Below, piece after piece: positions 39,671-51,636 of a DNA stretch of 56,336 bases; the stretch's first letter is position 1; each line of letters begins with the position of its first letter. Source of the DNA: Kiritimatiellia bacterium (lineage in GTDB: Bacteria > Verrucomicrobiota > Kiritimatiellia > RFP12 > JBMNHG01); the NCBI GenBank assembly GCA_050950285.1, contig JBMNHG010000003.1, positions 372,001-428,336 on the forward strand. Reading direction: 5' to 3'. The position numbers and the translations under genes are program-made. The notes under the pieces were generated by a model. It was not told the DNA's origin and made no database searches. It worked only from the letters and a program-made list of their open reading frames with translations.

Positions 39671-40744
39671 TCACTTGAGGGGGCCGACTGCGGAATAGGC
39701 CGCCAAGGTGGCGGCGACCATCTGTTCGAAGTCATAGCATGCCCTGGCGTGCTGCCGGGCGGCTTCCGCCTTGGCTTGCCGGGCGGCCGGATCTTCCAGC
39801 GCCGCGCGGATGGCGGCGGCCATGGCCGCGGAGTCGTCGCTGCCGACGATCCATCCATGGCCCGCGAGCGATTCCACCACGCCCGGCGCATCGGCCGCGA
39901 CGACCGGCACGCCCATGGACATCGCCTCGCGGACCGTCACCGACGCGCCCTCCATCCGCGATGGGAAGCAGAGCACGTCGAACTGGCGAAGCAGGCGCGT
40001 GGCGTCGGCGCGGAATCCCAGCAGATGGAAGCGGTCCGCCAGTCCGGCCTCGCGGATCGCGGCTTCCAGCCCGGCGCGGTCCGGGCCGTCGCCGGCGATC
40101 ACCCATTGCACCGGGAAGGACTCCCGCGCCAGCAACTCCGCCGCCCGCACCATCAGCATCCAGTTTTTTTTCCAGGCCAGGCGGCCCAGGCCGCCCACGA
40201 GGAAATCCGCGCCATACGCGGCCCGGAATCCCGGATCCGGCGGAATCTGGCCCAGGGCCGCGACATCGACGCCGTCCGGCGCGATGCGGATGCGGTCGGC
40301 GGGATAGCCGCTGCGGACCATGGCATCCCGCACGGTTTCGGAGATGGCGATGACCGCATCGAGGCGGCGCGCCGAATATTTCCAGCGCGAGAGCGGATTG
40401 CGCCGGAGGGGCGAGGCGATCCGCCGCGTCAACAGGAGCGGCACCCGCAAGCGCCGGCGGAGCCAGAGGCCCAGGGACGTCGCGCCGGAATCGTGCGCAT
40501 TGAGATGGGTCAGGCCGAATTCCTGCAAATCCAGCAGGAGTTGCCGGCGGGCGGGCGCGCCGTCCCCCAGCGCGAGCACGCGCAGGCCTGCGCGCCGGGC
40601 GCGCGGATAGAGCGCGCCGCGCCCGGGCGTGACCAGCACCGTAAAGAGCCCGCGCGCCTGCATCCGGACCGCGAGGGCCAGCAATTGATTCTCCCCGCCG
40701 CCCCAATCCGGGTTGGTATGCAGATGGGCTACCCGTGGATTCAT
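39671..40744 (-). CDS. Glycosyltransferase family 4
   Basis: WGGGENQ, IAISETV, GRLAWKKN, AGDGPDR, LGFRAD, FPSRMEG...EAM. Confidence 0.92.
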   Translation of the reverse strand: MNPRVAHLHTNPDWGGGENQLLALAVRMQARGLFTVLVTPGRGALYPRARRAGLRVLALGDGAPARRQLLLDLQEFGLTHLNAHDSGATSLGLWLRRRLRVPLLLTRRIASPLRRNPLSRWKYSARRLDAVIAISETVRDAMVRSGYPADRIRIAPDGVDVAALGQIPPDPGFRAAYGADFLVGGLGRLAWKKNWMLMVRAAELLARESFPVQWVIAGDGPDRAGLEAAIREAGLADRFHLLGFRADATRLLRQFDVLCFPSRMEGASVTVREAMSMGVPVVAADAPGVVESLAGHGWIVGSDDSAAMAAAIRAALEDPAARQAKAEAARQHARACYDFEQMVAATLAAYSAVGPLK

Positions 40745-42954
40745 GACGCACCCCCGTTCGGGAACAGGCCAATCGTTTGGGCGGGGAAATCATCCAGTGC
40801 GCATTCCGCGACCACCGTGGGCGCCATGCCGGCGTTTTCCACGAAAAACACGGCTTGCCCGGCATGCACGGGCACGTGCGTTCCGCCGACCAGCGATGCG
40901 CGGACCCCGGGCGGCAGGCGGACGCGCGCTTCGCCTTCATACTGGAACACGGGTACGCCCGCGGCATCCGCCACCTGCAGCCGGCAGGCCACGAGTTCCG
41001 GCGAAATGCGTTCCGCCCGCAATTCGAACCCGGCCGCCGCACCCCAGGGCACCAGTTGCGCTTCGACCGCGCCGTTGGCATGGCTGCCTGCGAAACGCAC
41101 CGGGGCCCCATCGAAATCGAGGTCAACCTCGTAGAGGTCCGGCACGGGCGCCGACAGCAGCCGGAGCCAGTCCGCGCCGCGGCAAATCCGGACTTCCGTG
41201 CAATTCGTGATGAGATACAAACGGCGGCGCGACCCGGCGGCCGACGACCAATCCCCGCGAACGGAAAGGAAGGGCTTGTCCGGTCGGTAGCGGGCCCGGA
41301 GCCAGTCCGACGCCATTTTTGGGGTGCGCCAGCCATCCAGTACGCCGCATTCCCGGAACCAGCGCCGGCGGCGGGGGGTGGCATAGTCGGCAAAGCACCA
41401 TATCGCCCATCCGGCGGCACCGGGACCGGCATTTTCCATGCGTTGCACGGCATCGCGGATCGCGGAGACCTGTTCGGCTTCGACAGGCCAATGCCCGCGC
41501 CTGGCATGGGGGAGATTGGCGCACTCGGTGGCCACGACACAGCCCGTCGGCGCCGAGGCGCGCGCGAAATCCAGTTCGTGGAATTCGTAGTTGAGCCCCC
41601 AGACGTCGGTCAGGCCAACGGTTTTTTTCCGTCGCGCCCGATAGGCATGGTTTTCCGCGTAGATCGTCGGGCGCGTGGGGTCCAGCGCCCGGGCCCGCGC
41701 CTTCAAGCGCAGGTAGGCCTTCCGGTGGCGTCCCTCGTTTCCCAGGCCCCAAAGGATGATGGACGGATGGTGCCGGTCGCGGCGGATCATCCGCTCGAGC
41801 TGGGTCTCGGCCGCAGCCAGCCAACGGCCGCCGCGCACCTGTTTCCAGGAGCAGAGTTCCGCAAGGACCAGGATTCCCAGGCGGTCGCAGGCATCCAGGA
41901 ATTCCGGCGATTGGGGATAGTGGGAAAGGCGGACGAAATTGAGCCCCATCCGCTTGATCCGGGACGCATCGGCTTCCGCCAGGGCGCGCGGCAGCGCGAA
42001 GCCGAATCCCGGCAGGTTTTCGTGGCGGTTCACCCCGCGCAAAACCACCGGGCGGCCGTTCAGGAGGAAGCCCTGCCGGGGATCGAACCGCGCGGTGCGC
42101 AGGCCGAAATCCCACGACAGCCGATCCGCGGCCTGTCCATCCTGCCGCAAGAGGAGTTCGATCGTGTAGAGGTACGGCTCCTCCGGGCTCCACCATCGTG
42201 GCGAGGGGATCGCGCAGCGGAGTTCCTGCCGCGCCCTTTCGCCTGGGGGCAGGGCGACGTCCACCGGCGGAGGCTGCGCGACAACCCGTCCGGCGCGGTC
42301 GCGGATGGAAACCTGCAGGGACCGCGTCGCGCCCCGATCGCCGCGGTTCGCCATGCCGATCCCGACACGGAGATCCGCGGGGTTGTCCTCCGCCATGGCC
42401 ACGCGGCACTCGCCCCGGGCCAAACGCACCCGCGGCAGGGTGGCCAGGTGCATGCCCCCTCCCAGTCCGCCGTAGAGATGGAAATCGGGATCGGGTATCC
42501 CCGGCAGGATGTCCCGCGCGTGGCGGTTGCACACCTGGATGGCCACGCGGTTCGGGCCGGTCCGCAAGGCGTCCGTCACGTCGAGATCCATGCCGAGGTA
42601 ATCCCCGTTCACCCGGCCGGCGGGGCGTCCGTTGACGAAGGCCCGGCCCACGCCATAGAAGCCGCCACAACGCAAGCGCCACTCCCGGGACGCATCCATT
42701 TCCGGAAGGTCGAACTCCAGGGAATAGGTCGCCCAGCCGCGGCCGGCTTCCACCCCGGGGATGTACTCCTGGTGCGCGTTCCAACAGTGCGGCAAGACCA
42801 CGGCGTCGCCCGTTCCGGGCTTCATGGTGCGTCCGTTCGTCCGGCGCCAGCCGGCATGGTCCAGCGGCAGGATGCACCGATCGCCTTCCCGGCCGGGGGC
42901 CGGGACATGGAGACCGCGATGTTCCGGAAGACCTGTGCCAGCGTGTTTCATCAT
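40741..42954 (-). CDS. Glycoside hydrolase family 2, no obvious signal peptide (start uncertain: 42954 or 42825)
   Basis: LPHCWN, WSPEEPYLY, GVNRHE, VRLSHYPQ, HPSIILWGLGNE, ATEC. Confidence 0.9.
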   Translation of the reverse strand: MMKHAGTGLPEHRGLHVPAPGREGDRCILPLDHAGWRRTNGRTMKPGTGDAVVLPHCWNAHQEYIPGVEAGRGWATYSLEFDLPEMDASREWRLRCGGFYGVGRAFVNGRPAGRVNGDYLGMDLDVTDALRTGPNRVAIQVCNRHARDILPGIPDPDFHLYGGLGGGMHLATLPRVRLARGECRVAMAEDNPADLRVGIGMANRGDRGATRSLQVSIRDRAGRVVAQPPPVDVALPPGERARQELRCAIPSPRWWSPEEPYLYTIELLLRQDGQAADRLSWDFGLRTARFDPRQGFLLNGRPVVLRGVNRHENLPGFGFALPRALAEADASRIKRMGLNFVRLSHYPQSPEFLDACDRLGILVLAELCSWKQVRGGRWLAAAETQLERMIRRDRHHPSIILWGLGNEGRHRKAYLRLKARARALDPTRPTIYAENHAYRARRKKTVGLTDVWGLNYEFHELDFARASAPTGCVVATECANLPHARRGHWPVEAEQVSAIRDAVQRMENAGPGAAGWAIWCFADYATPRRRRWFRECGVLDGWRTPKMASDWLRARYRPDKPFLSVRGDWSSAAGSRRRLYLITNCTEVRICRGADWLRLLSAPVPDLYEVDLDFDGAPVRFAGSHANGAVEAQLVPWGAAAGFELRAERISPELVACRLQVADAAGVPVFQYEGEARVRLPPGVRASLVGGTHVPVHAGQAVFFVENAGMAPTVVAECALDDFPAQTIGLFPNGGAS

Positions 42955-43022
42955 GGGGGGGAAGACAACGAAGGGGGCGGAGCGGACGCCGGCGGGGGCG
43001 GCGCCGTGCCTCCGGTTCCGGA

Positions 43023-45260
43023 TCAGCGGGCTTTGCGGGCGGAGACCACGAGCCGGTCGCCCGCCCGGAGCGGGAGGTCGACGAGGGAGGTGAAATCGCC
43101 CTCCACGACCTTGCCGTTGCGCCGGGCGACGATCTTCACGGCGCGTCCGGCCCACGGGTTCGCGAGGCGCAGGCGTCCGGCGCGATCGGCTTTGACGGTG
43201 ACGCTGCGCAGCGCGCCGTCGCGCTTCTCCGCCGAAATCCGGAAGCCTCCCGGAAGCAGCATGCCGCGGAAGGCCGCGTCGCGCCATGCCCCGGGCGCGC
43301 CCCGGAAGACGTGGATGACGCCGCGGCGCTCGTGCGCGAGCATCTCCTGCACCGCCGCGACGGCGCCCATGCCGGCGTCCATCTGCATCACTTCGTTGCC
43401 GCCTTTGCCCGTGAAGGGCGAGGCGCCTCCGAGGAGAGTGAACCCGCCGAAGTCGGCGTCGTGCAGCGTGCCGCGCCCCATGTTCGTGAAGACGCGCTTC
43501 CAGATTTCCAGCACGAGTTCGGCCATGTCGCCGTTCCCGACGCGGGAGTGGATCATCGAGGCCCAGGGCATGCACCAGCCGGACCAGAGGCCCATGCCGC
43601 GATGGGTCCAGTGGCGGAGGGAGTTCTCGATCCGGCGCCGCCATACGGGATCGTCGAGGTCGAGGGTGTCGAAGGGCACGATGCCTCCCAGATGCGAGTG
43701 GTGGCGATGGCTCTCTTCGAGCACGAGGCCTTCCCAGAGGCCGATCTGCTCGTGGTCGCCTTCGCCCACGATCGCGGCTTTCGGCAGTCTTTCGAGGATC
43801 TCCTCCCAGGCGGGGTCGGGGGGGACGCGGAGCTCCTTCGCGGCGGCGAGGAGGTTCTCGGCGAGGCGGTGCACGCTTGCGAGCTGGAAGCTGGCGTTCC
43901 GGCCCCAGGCGTCCATCCGGCAGCCCCGGTATTCGGGGGAGACGCTCACGGGGAGGGCGAGGGCTTCGCCGTCTTTCTCCATCATCGCCTGGTACACGCG
44001 CATCGCGCCTTTCATGAAGGGGAAGGCGCGCGTGCGCAGGAACTTCCGGTCACCCGTGCAGCGGAAGTAGTCGAAGCCCATCTGCGCGACCCACGCGGTG
44101 CAGGCGTGGTCGATGCAGCCGGTCCAGAAGGAGCCCATGCAGGTGCAGCGGTCGTCCACGGCGTGCGGGAGCATGTAGCCGTCGTCCACGTCCGCGAAGC
44201 GTTTCGCGATGTCGCGCAGGACGGGGAGCCAGCCGTGCACGAGGTCGAAGAGCGGCATCAGGTGCTGCAGGCGGTTGCCTCGGTAGGCGGGCCAGTAGCA
44301 CATCTGCACGTTGATGTTGAAGTGGTAGTCGGCGGACCACGGCGGGAGCTGGTATTCCTCGATCCAGGGGCCTTGCAGGCCGGCGGCGACGCCCGTGGGG
44401 GCGGTCATCGCGCCGAACTTGTACATGCCGTAGTCGTAGATTTCCTGGAGGGCGGGATTGGGCAGCACGACCTTCGGGACGTCGCGCCAGTAGGCCTTCC
44501 AGAAGCGCGCGGTGCGCGCCTCGAAGGCGGCGGCTCCGCCCACGGCGGCCTGGGCGGCGAGAACTTCCGTCTTGTGGCACGCTTCGACGGGATTTCTGCC
44601 GCGCACGACGGCGGCCACCATGCCGTCCTTTACGTCGCGCCAGCCCACGCATACGGCCGGATCGGCCGGGAGGGGCTGCACCCAGCCGGTGAGCCCCTTG
44701 CCCTCGAAGCGCTTGGGCGGCGCGAAGCCGATCGGCTCGAGCTCGTCCCGGATCCGATCCCATGCGGGGACCCCCTTCGCCCGGCAGAGCGGCCGGAGCG
44801 CGTCCGGGATGCGCAGCCGGACCGTGGGGCGCTCGGGGTCGAGGGCGAGGACAAGCGTCTCGACCTCGCCTTTGCGGACGACCCGCACGGAGAGGAGGCC
44901 CGTGCCGAGCGAGAGATCGGCGTCGCGCAGGACGCAGCCGGGACGGAACACGAAATCGACCCGCCCCACGGGGATGATGGACGGTCGCTCAGGCTGGCCG
45001 GGCTGCTGCTCGGTTTCGGGGCGGAAGATCTCCGTGATGCCCGCTTCGTTGTTCGTCTCGAGATGCCGCCGGATGTCCCGGAAGTTCTGGCGGGAAGTCC
45101 AATGCAGGCCCCCGCGGTGATCCCAGAGGTCTCCCCGTCCGAAGGTGACGCGCAGGGTGCGCTCGCCGCCCCAGACCATCACGCCGAGAAGCCCGTTGCC
45201 GAGCAGCGCGCCCGTATGGGTGCGGGGGAGGGGGAAACGCCAGTTCAACGTCCTGTCCAT
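43023..45260 (-). CDS. GH95-like (alpha/alpha)6 glycoside hydrolase
   Basis: LGNGLLG, GLQGPW, WSADYHFNINVQMCYWP, SVSPE, HRHHSHL, QMDAGMG. Confidence 0.85.
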   Translation of the reverse strand: MDRTLNWRFPLPRTHTGALLGNGLLGVMVWGGERTLRVTFGRGDLWDHRGGLHWTSRQNFRDIRRHLETNNEAGITEIFRPETEQQPGQPERPSIIPVGRVDFVFRPGCVLRDADLSLGTGLLSVRVVRKGEVETLVLALDPERPTVRLRIPDALRPLCRAKGVPAWDRIRDELEPIGFAPPKRFEGKGLTGWVQPLPADPAVCVGWRDVKDGMVAAVVRGRNPVEACHKTEVLAAQAAVGGAAAFEARTARFWKAYWRDVPKVVLPNPALQEIYDYGMYKFGAMTAPTGVAAGLQGPWIEEYQLPPWSADYHFNINVQMCYWPAYRGNRLQHLMPLFDLVHGWLPVLRDIAKRFADVDDGYMLPHAVDDRCTCMGSFWTGCIDHACTAWVAQMGFDYFRCTGDRKFLRTRAFPFMKGAMRVYQAMMEKDGEALALPVSVSPEYRGCRMDAWGRNASFQLASVHRLAENLLAAAKELRVPPDPAWEEILERLPKAAIVGEGDHEQIGLWEGLVLEESHRHHSHLGGIVPFDTLDLDDPVWRRRIENSLRHWTHRGMGLWSGWCMPWASMIHSRVGNGDMAELVLEIWKRVFTNMGRGTLHDADFGGFTLLGGASPFTGKGGNEVMQMDAGMGAVAAVQEMLAHERRGVIHVFRGAPGAWRDAAFRGMLLPGGFRISAEKRDGALRSVTVKADRAGRLRLANPWAGRAVKIVARRNGKVVEGDFTSLVDLPLRAGDRLVVSARKAR

Positions 45261-45435
45261 GGCCAAATCCTTTCGTGGATGGAAGGAGGATAGCAGGGAC
45301 ACGCCGCACATGCGAACCGAATTTCAAGACGCGCCGCCCTCCGTCCGCAGGCCTGGCGCGGGCGGAGGGCGGAACGGCGGGGGCGTGGCGGGAAAACGGC
45401 GTGCCGTTTTTTCCGCCACGCCCGGCGGCGGGATA

Positions 45436-48051
<2,616 letters not shown>

Positions 48052-48356
48052 AAAACACTTCCTCCCGGCCCACGTCCATCGGGGCCATCTGGAGGAAGCA
48101 GGAAGGATGCCAGAAGGCAGATATGCGGTATTATTCTCTATCGCAACGGATTACAATGCAAATACAACCCGCCTTGATGCGACAATAGGACACAGTGCGC
48201 GACATTTTTGCACGGTCGCGCAAAAAGGGCGGGAGTCCTCTCGCCGGTCGCCGGGCCATCCCGCCGACGGCATGCGCCTGCGCAGGGAAGGCGTCGGCCC
48301 CCTTCGGGAAGGAGGCCGGGCGCTGTTTCCCGACCGGCGGGGACGGCGGGTTGGTT

Positions 48357-51300
48357 TTAGCGCAGGAGGAAGACGGTTCCGGGGGGGATGCCGCGAAGGA
48401 CGAGGTCGTTCCCGGCGAGTTCCACGGCGTACAGTCCGGGCTTTTCGACGCCCGTCACCGTCCAGCCGGAGAGATCGGCCGCGCCTGCGGTATTCCCTGC
48501 GCCGGCGACGAGCGTGCGCCTGCCGTAGACCTTCTGGCCGAGGGCGACGGAAGCGGTGGCGGGGAGGGTGAGCCGTCCGCCTTCGAGTTTCACGAGGTCG
48601 CGACCGGCGGCCGACTCTTCATAGGCGTAGACGGCGCCTTCGGACAGGGCGAGGTCCCCGGCGATGGCGAGCGTGCCGACGCCGAGGTTGCCGGGGGCGA
48701 GCGTGCCGCCTGCCTCCACGACGACCGGCCGTACGACCACGCCGGTTCCGCCGAGCGCGCCGCCTGCCTTGACCGTGACCGCTGCGGTGCCGTTGCTGAT
48801 GGCCCCGCTTACGAGCAGCGTGCCGCGCTCGATGTCGATCTTCTTCTCGACGAGGTTGTTCGCATGGGCGAGTTCGAGGGCGCCGGCGGGGAGTTCCTCG
48901 TCGAGGTAGGTCCTTGCGCCGGTGAGCACGAAGCCGCCGTTCGAGAGTTGTCCTTCCAGGCGCGCCACCGGGACGTCGGCCGTGCCGCCCACGGTCACGA
49001 GGTAGGGGGTGCGGGTCCAGAAGTCGATGTCGTTCAGGAAGCGCACGGTGGCGTTGGCGGTGCGCGAGCCGAAGACGAGCGGGCGGTCGGCGCGGTTGAA
49101 GCCGTCGTTGCCGTCGTTGTAGCGATAGGGTGCGCCTCCGTTCAGCTCGACCGTCGCATCGGAGCCATGCGCGGCGAAGCCGCCACCCCATTGGAGCGAT
49201 GCCTGTCCGTTCGTGGGGGCCACGGCGAGTTCGCGGCGGAAATCGACGCCGTCCAGTTCGATCACGCCGCCCAGGAAGCGCACCGGGAAGGGCTTGGTCG
49301 AGTTCGAGGCGTCCGTGCCGGTTTCGCGGATGGCGCCGGGGAAGTGCCGCCAGGCGCGTCCCGGGAGATACTTCCGTGTGTCGGAGCTTTGGGACCAGGA
49401 GGAATTGTCCGCGCCGATGTGCCAGATGAAGCGGGCGGAGGTGTCGCCCGATCCGTCTTGGGTGGTGTAGGCCACGTTGCGGAGCACGGCGGTGCCGTCG
49501 CCGAGCTTGAAGAGACGGCGTTCGCCGGTGGCGTCGTCCTGGACCACCGATGCGGCCCCCGTGAGGCCGTTGTCCACGTTGCCGTCGTCGAACCCCCAGG
49601 TCGGGGCGAGAGCCAGCGGGCTGCCGGGCGCGCCGACTTCGCATTCCGCGCCGCCCCGCACGAGCAGGGAGAGCTGGGCGACCTGGCCTTCCGCGGCGGC
49701 ATGCATGCAGACGGTGTCTCCCGCGAGCGTGGCACTTTCGCCGGAGCCGCCGGTGGCGCCGAGCAGGCCGATCGTCGCGCCGTCGTTGCTGCCCATGAGG
49801 TAGCGGTAGCCTTCGGCGAGGTTGTAGACGGCGCCGCCCGTGCGAGCCCCCATGAGATAGCCCTGGAAGCCGTTGTAGCGCGACGTTGCGCCCAGCCAGG
49901 CGTTCGCGCCGCCGTTGCCGCGCGGGAGCGATTCCGGAGAGGCGAACTGGACGATCATCGCGAGGCCCGAGCCCTGGTGCGTGGCCATCCCGCCCGGACC
50001 GGAATTGATGCTGGAATTCCTCGCTTTGCCGGTGGCGGGATCGACCCCGTGGTGATCCGTCTGGCAGTTGTTCCCCGTCCAGCTGTTGTTGGCGCCGGCG
50101 AAGACGATTTCATCGTTGTCCCGGCGGCCGTCGAAGCGGAGTGCGCCCGCGCCGCCGATGCTGCCGTCGAAGCGGTTCAGCTTGGCCGGCCGGTGCGTTC
50201 CTTTGAAGCCCGGAGCGGCGGAGTCGTAGTTGGAGTATTCGACGTACCGGCCGCTGATGGTGGTGTCGTTCGCAAGGATCACCGGGGCATCGCAGTAGGC
50301 GCGGATCACGTTGTCGCCGATGCTCGCATGCGAGCCACCCAGGGAGAAGGAGCGATCGAACCATGCCGCTTCGTTGTCGATGGTCACGGCCTGGCCGTGC
50401 GCGGCGAAGCCGCCGCCGCTCAGCTGCCACTGGCGGTTGCCGGTTCCATAGCCGTTGCCGTAGTGCGCGGCGAAGGCATTCCAGCTTATGCCGTCGAAGA
50501 TGAAGCACCCGCCGCTCTGGCCGATGTTGAAGTTCCCGGTGGTGAACTGGCCGACGGAGGTGAAGGCGACGCCGCAACGCATGATTTCCATGTTTCCGGG
50601 GCCCGTGATGGTGGTGGCGGGATCGAGCTTGACCAGCGTGCACCCGGACGTTCCGAAGACGAGTTTCACGCCCGAAGGCACCTCGATGTGGGTTGCGAGC
50701 GTGAGCGGCTTTTCAAAGGGAAGCACGCTGACGGTTCCGGAGGCGCGGGAGGTGTCGAAGGCGTTCGTGAGGGTCTGCTCGCAGTTGCGGAGGAAGATGG
50801 AGCCGTTCGATCCGAAGGCGATGGGGTAGTCCCCGAAGACGTCCGTCCAGGCCAAGCCTTCCGTGCCGACGATGGCGCCATCGATGAAGGGCCCGCCGCC
50901 GAAGGTGTGGCCGGTGGCCGTGAAGACCACCTTGCCGCGCCGTGCCGAGTTCGTGGTGTAGAAGCGGATGATGCCGTCGGTGGTGACGCGTCCGTCGATG
51001 CGGAGCTGCCGGGCGGGGGCGTTGTAGGCCCATGGGCGCATCATGTGCCACTGGTTCGTTCCGCCGGGCGCGTTGAGTTCGAGATTGCAGGCCACGACGT
51101 GCTCGGCCGTGTTGTTGATGAACCAGAGGCCAAGCGCGCCGGAGGTGATGGCGAGCGTGTCGTTCGTGGTGCCGAGGGTGAAGGAGGTGTCGTTTGAATA
51201 GTTCAGCGAATTGCAGGCGCGGTTGCCGTCCAGCAGCACGCCGCCGCCGTAGGTGGCGGTGAAGGGGAACCACACGTCGTCGTCCTCGTCGGGCACGCCG

Positions 51301-51455
51301 TCGTCATCGTCGCCGACCGTGATGGACCAGTTTGCGGCGTTCGTCCAAAGGGCGTCGCCCGAGGCGCCCGTCCAGGCGAATTCGGCGGCGAAGGCGGACA
51401 CGGCGACCCATGGGGCGGCCAGGGAGAGCAGGAGGGAACGGTACGACAGCTTCAT
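48357..51455 (-). CDS. Large secreted beta-helix/autotransporter-passenger-like protein without a beta-barrel
   Basis: Signal peptide; WTGASGDALWTNAANW; KLGDGTAVL; GALGGTG...GGTLAPG; ends GIPPGTVFLLR. Confidence 0.82.
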   Translation of the reverse strand: MKLSYRSLLLSLAAPWVAVSAFAAEFAWTGASGDALWTNAANWSITVGDDDDGVPDEDDDVWFPFTATYGGGVLLDGNRACNSLNYSNDTSFTLGTTNDTLAITSGALGLWFINNTAEHVVACNLELNAPGGTNQWHMMRPWAYNAPARQLRIDGRVTTDGIIRFYTTNSARRGKVVFTATGHTFGGGPFIDGAIVGTEGLAWTDVFGDYPIAFGSNGSIFLRNCEQTLTNAFDTSRASGTVSVLPFEKPLTLATHIEVPSGVKLVFGTSGCTLVKLDPATTITGPGNMEIMRCGVAFTSVGQFTTGNFNIGQSGGCFIFDGISWNAFAAHYGNGYGTGNRQWQLSGGGFAAHGQAVTIDNEAAWFDRSFSLGGSHASIGDNVIRAYCDAPVILANDTTISGRYVEYSNYDSAAPGFKGTHRPAKLNRFDGSIGGAGALRFDGRRDNDEIVFAGANNSWTGNNCQTDHHGVDPATGKARNSSINSGPGGMATHQGSGLAMIVQFASPESLPRGNGGANAWLGATSRYNGFQGYLMGARTGGAVYNLAEGYRYLMGSNDGATIGLLGATGGSGESATLAGDTVCMHAAAEGQVAQLSLLVRGGAECEVGAPGSPLALAPTWGFDDGNVDNGLTGAASVVQDDATGERRLFKLGDGTAVLRNVAYTTQDGSGDTSARFIWHIGADNSSWSQSSDTRKYLPGRAWRHFPGAIRETGTDASNSTKPFPVRFLGGVIELDGVDFRRELAVAPTNGQASLQWGGGFAAHGSDATVELNGGAPYRYNDGNDGFNRADRPLVFGSRTANATVRFLNDIDFWTRTPYLVTVGGTADVPVARLEGQLSNGGFVLTGARTYLDEELPAGALELAHANNLVEKKIDIERGTLLVSGAISNGTAAVTVKAGGALGGTGVVVRPVVVEAGGTLAPGNLGVGTLAIAGDLALSEGAVYAYEESAAGRDLVKLEGGRLTLPATASVALGQKVYGRRTLVAGAGNTAGAADLSGWTVTGVEKPGLYAVELAGNDLVLRGIPPGTVFLLR

Positions 51456-51636
51456 GCGGATACTCCTTCTGGGGGGCATGGTGCCGCGCGGACGTCTCCA
51501 TCCTCCCATGGAACGGGTTGGCGGCACACATCTCCCGCAAAGGCAGGGTAGGGGAAGAAAGAGGCGCAGGCAAGAAAAAATCCGAAAAAATCCGAATGCG
51601 GCGTGCCGCGAATTTTTGCGGCAGGCTGTTCCCGTG

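Noticed and set aside
48052..48250. CIRCE (HrcA) operator upstream of clpB
   Set aside because: No TTAGCACTC-N9-GAGTGCTAA match was seen.
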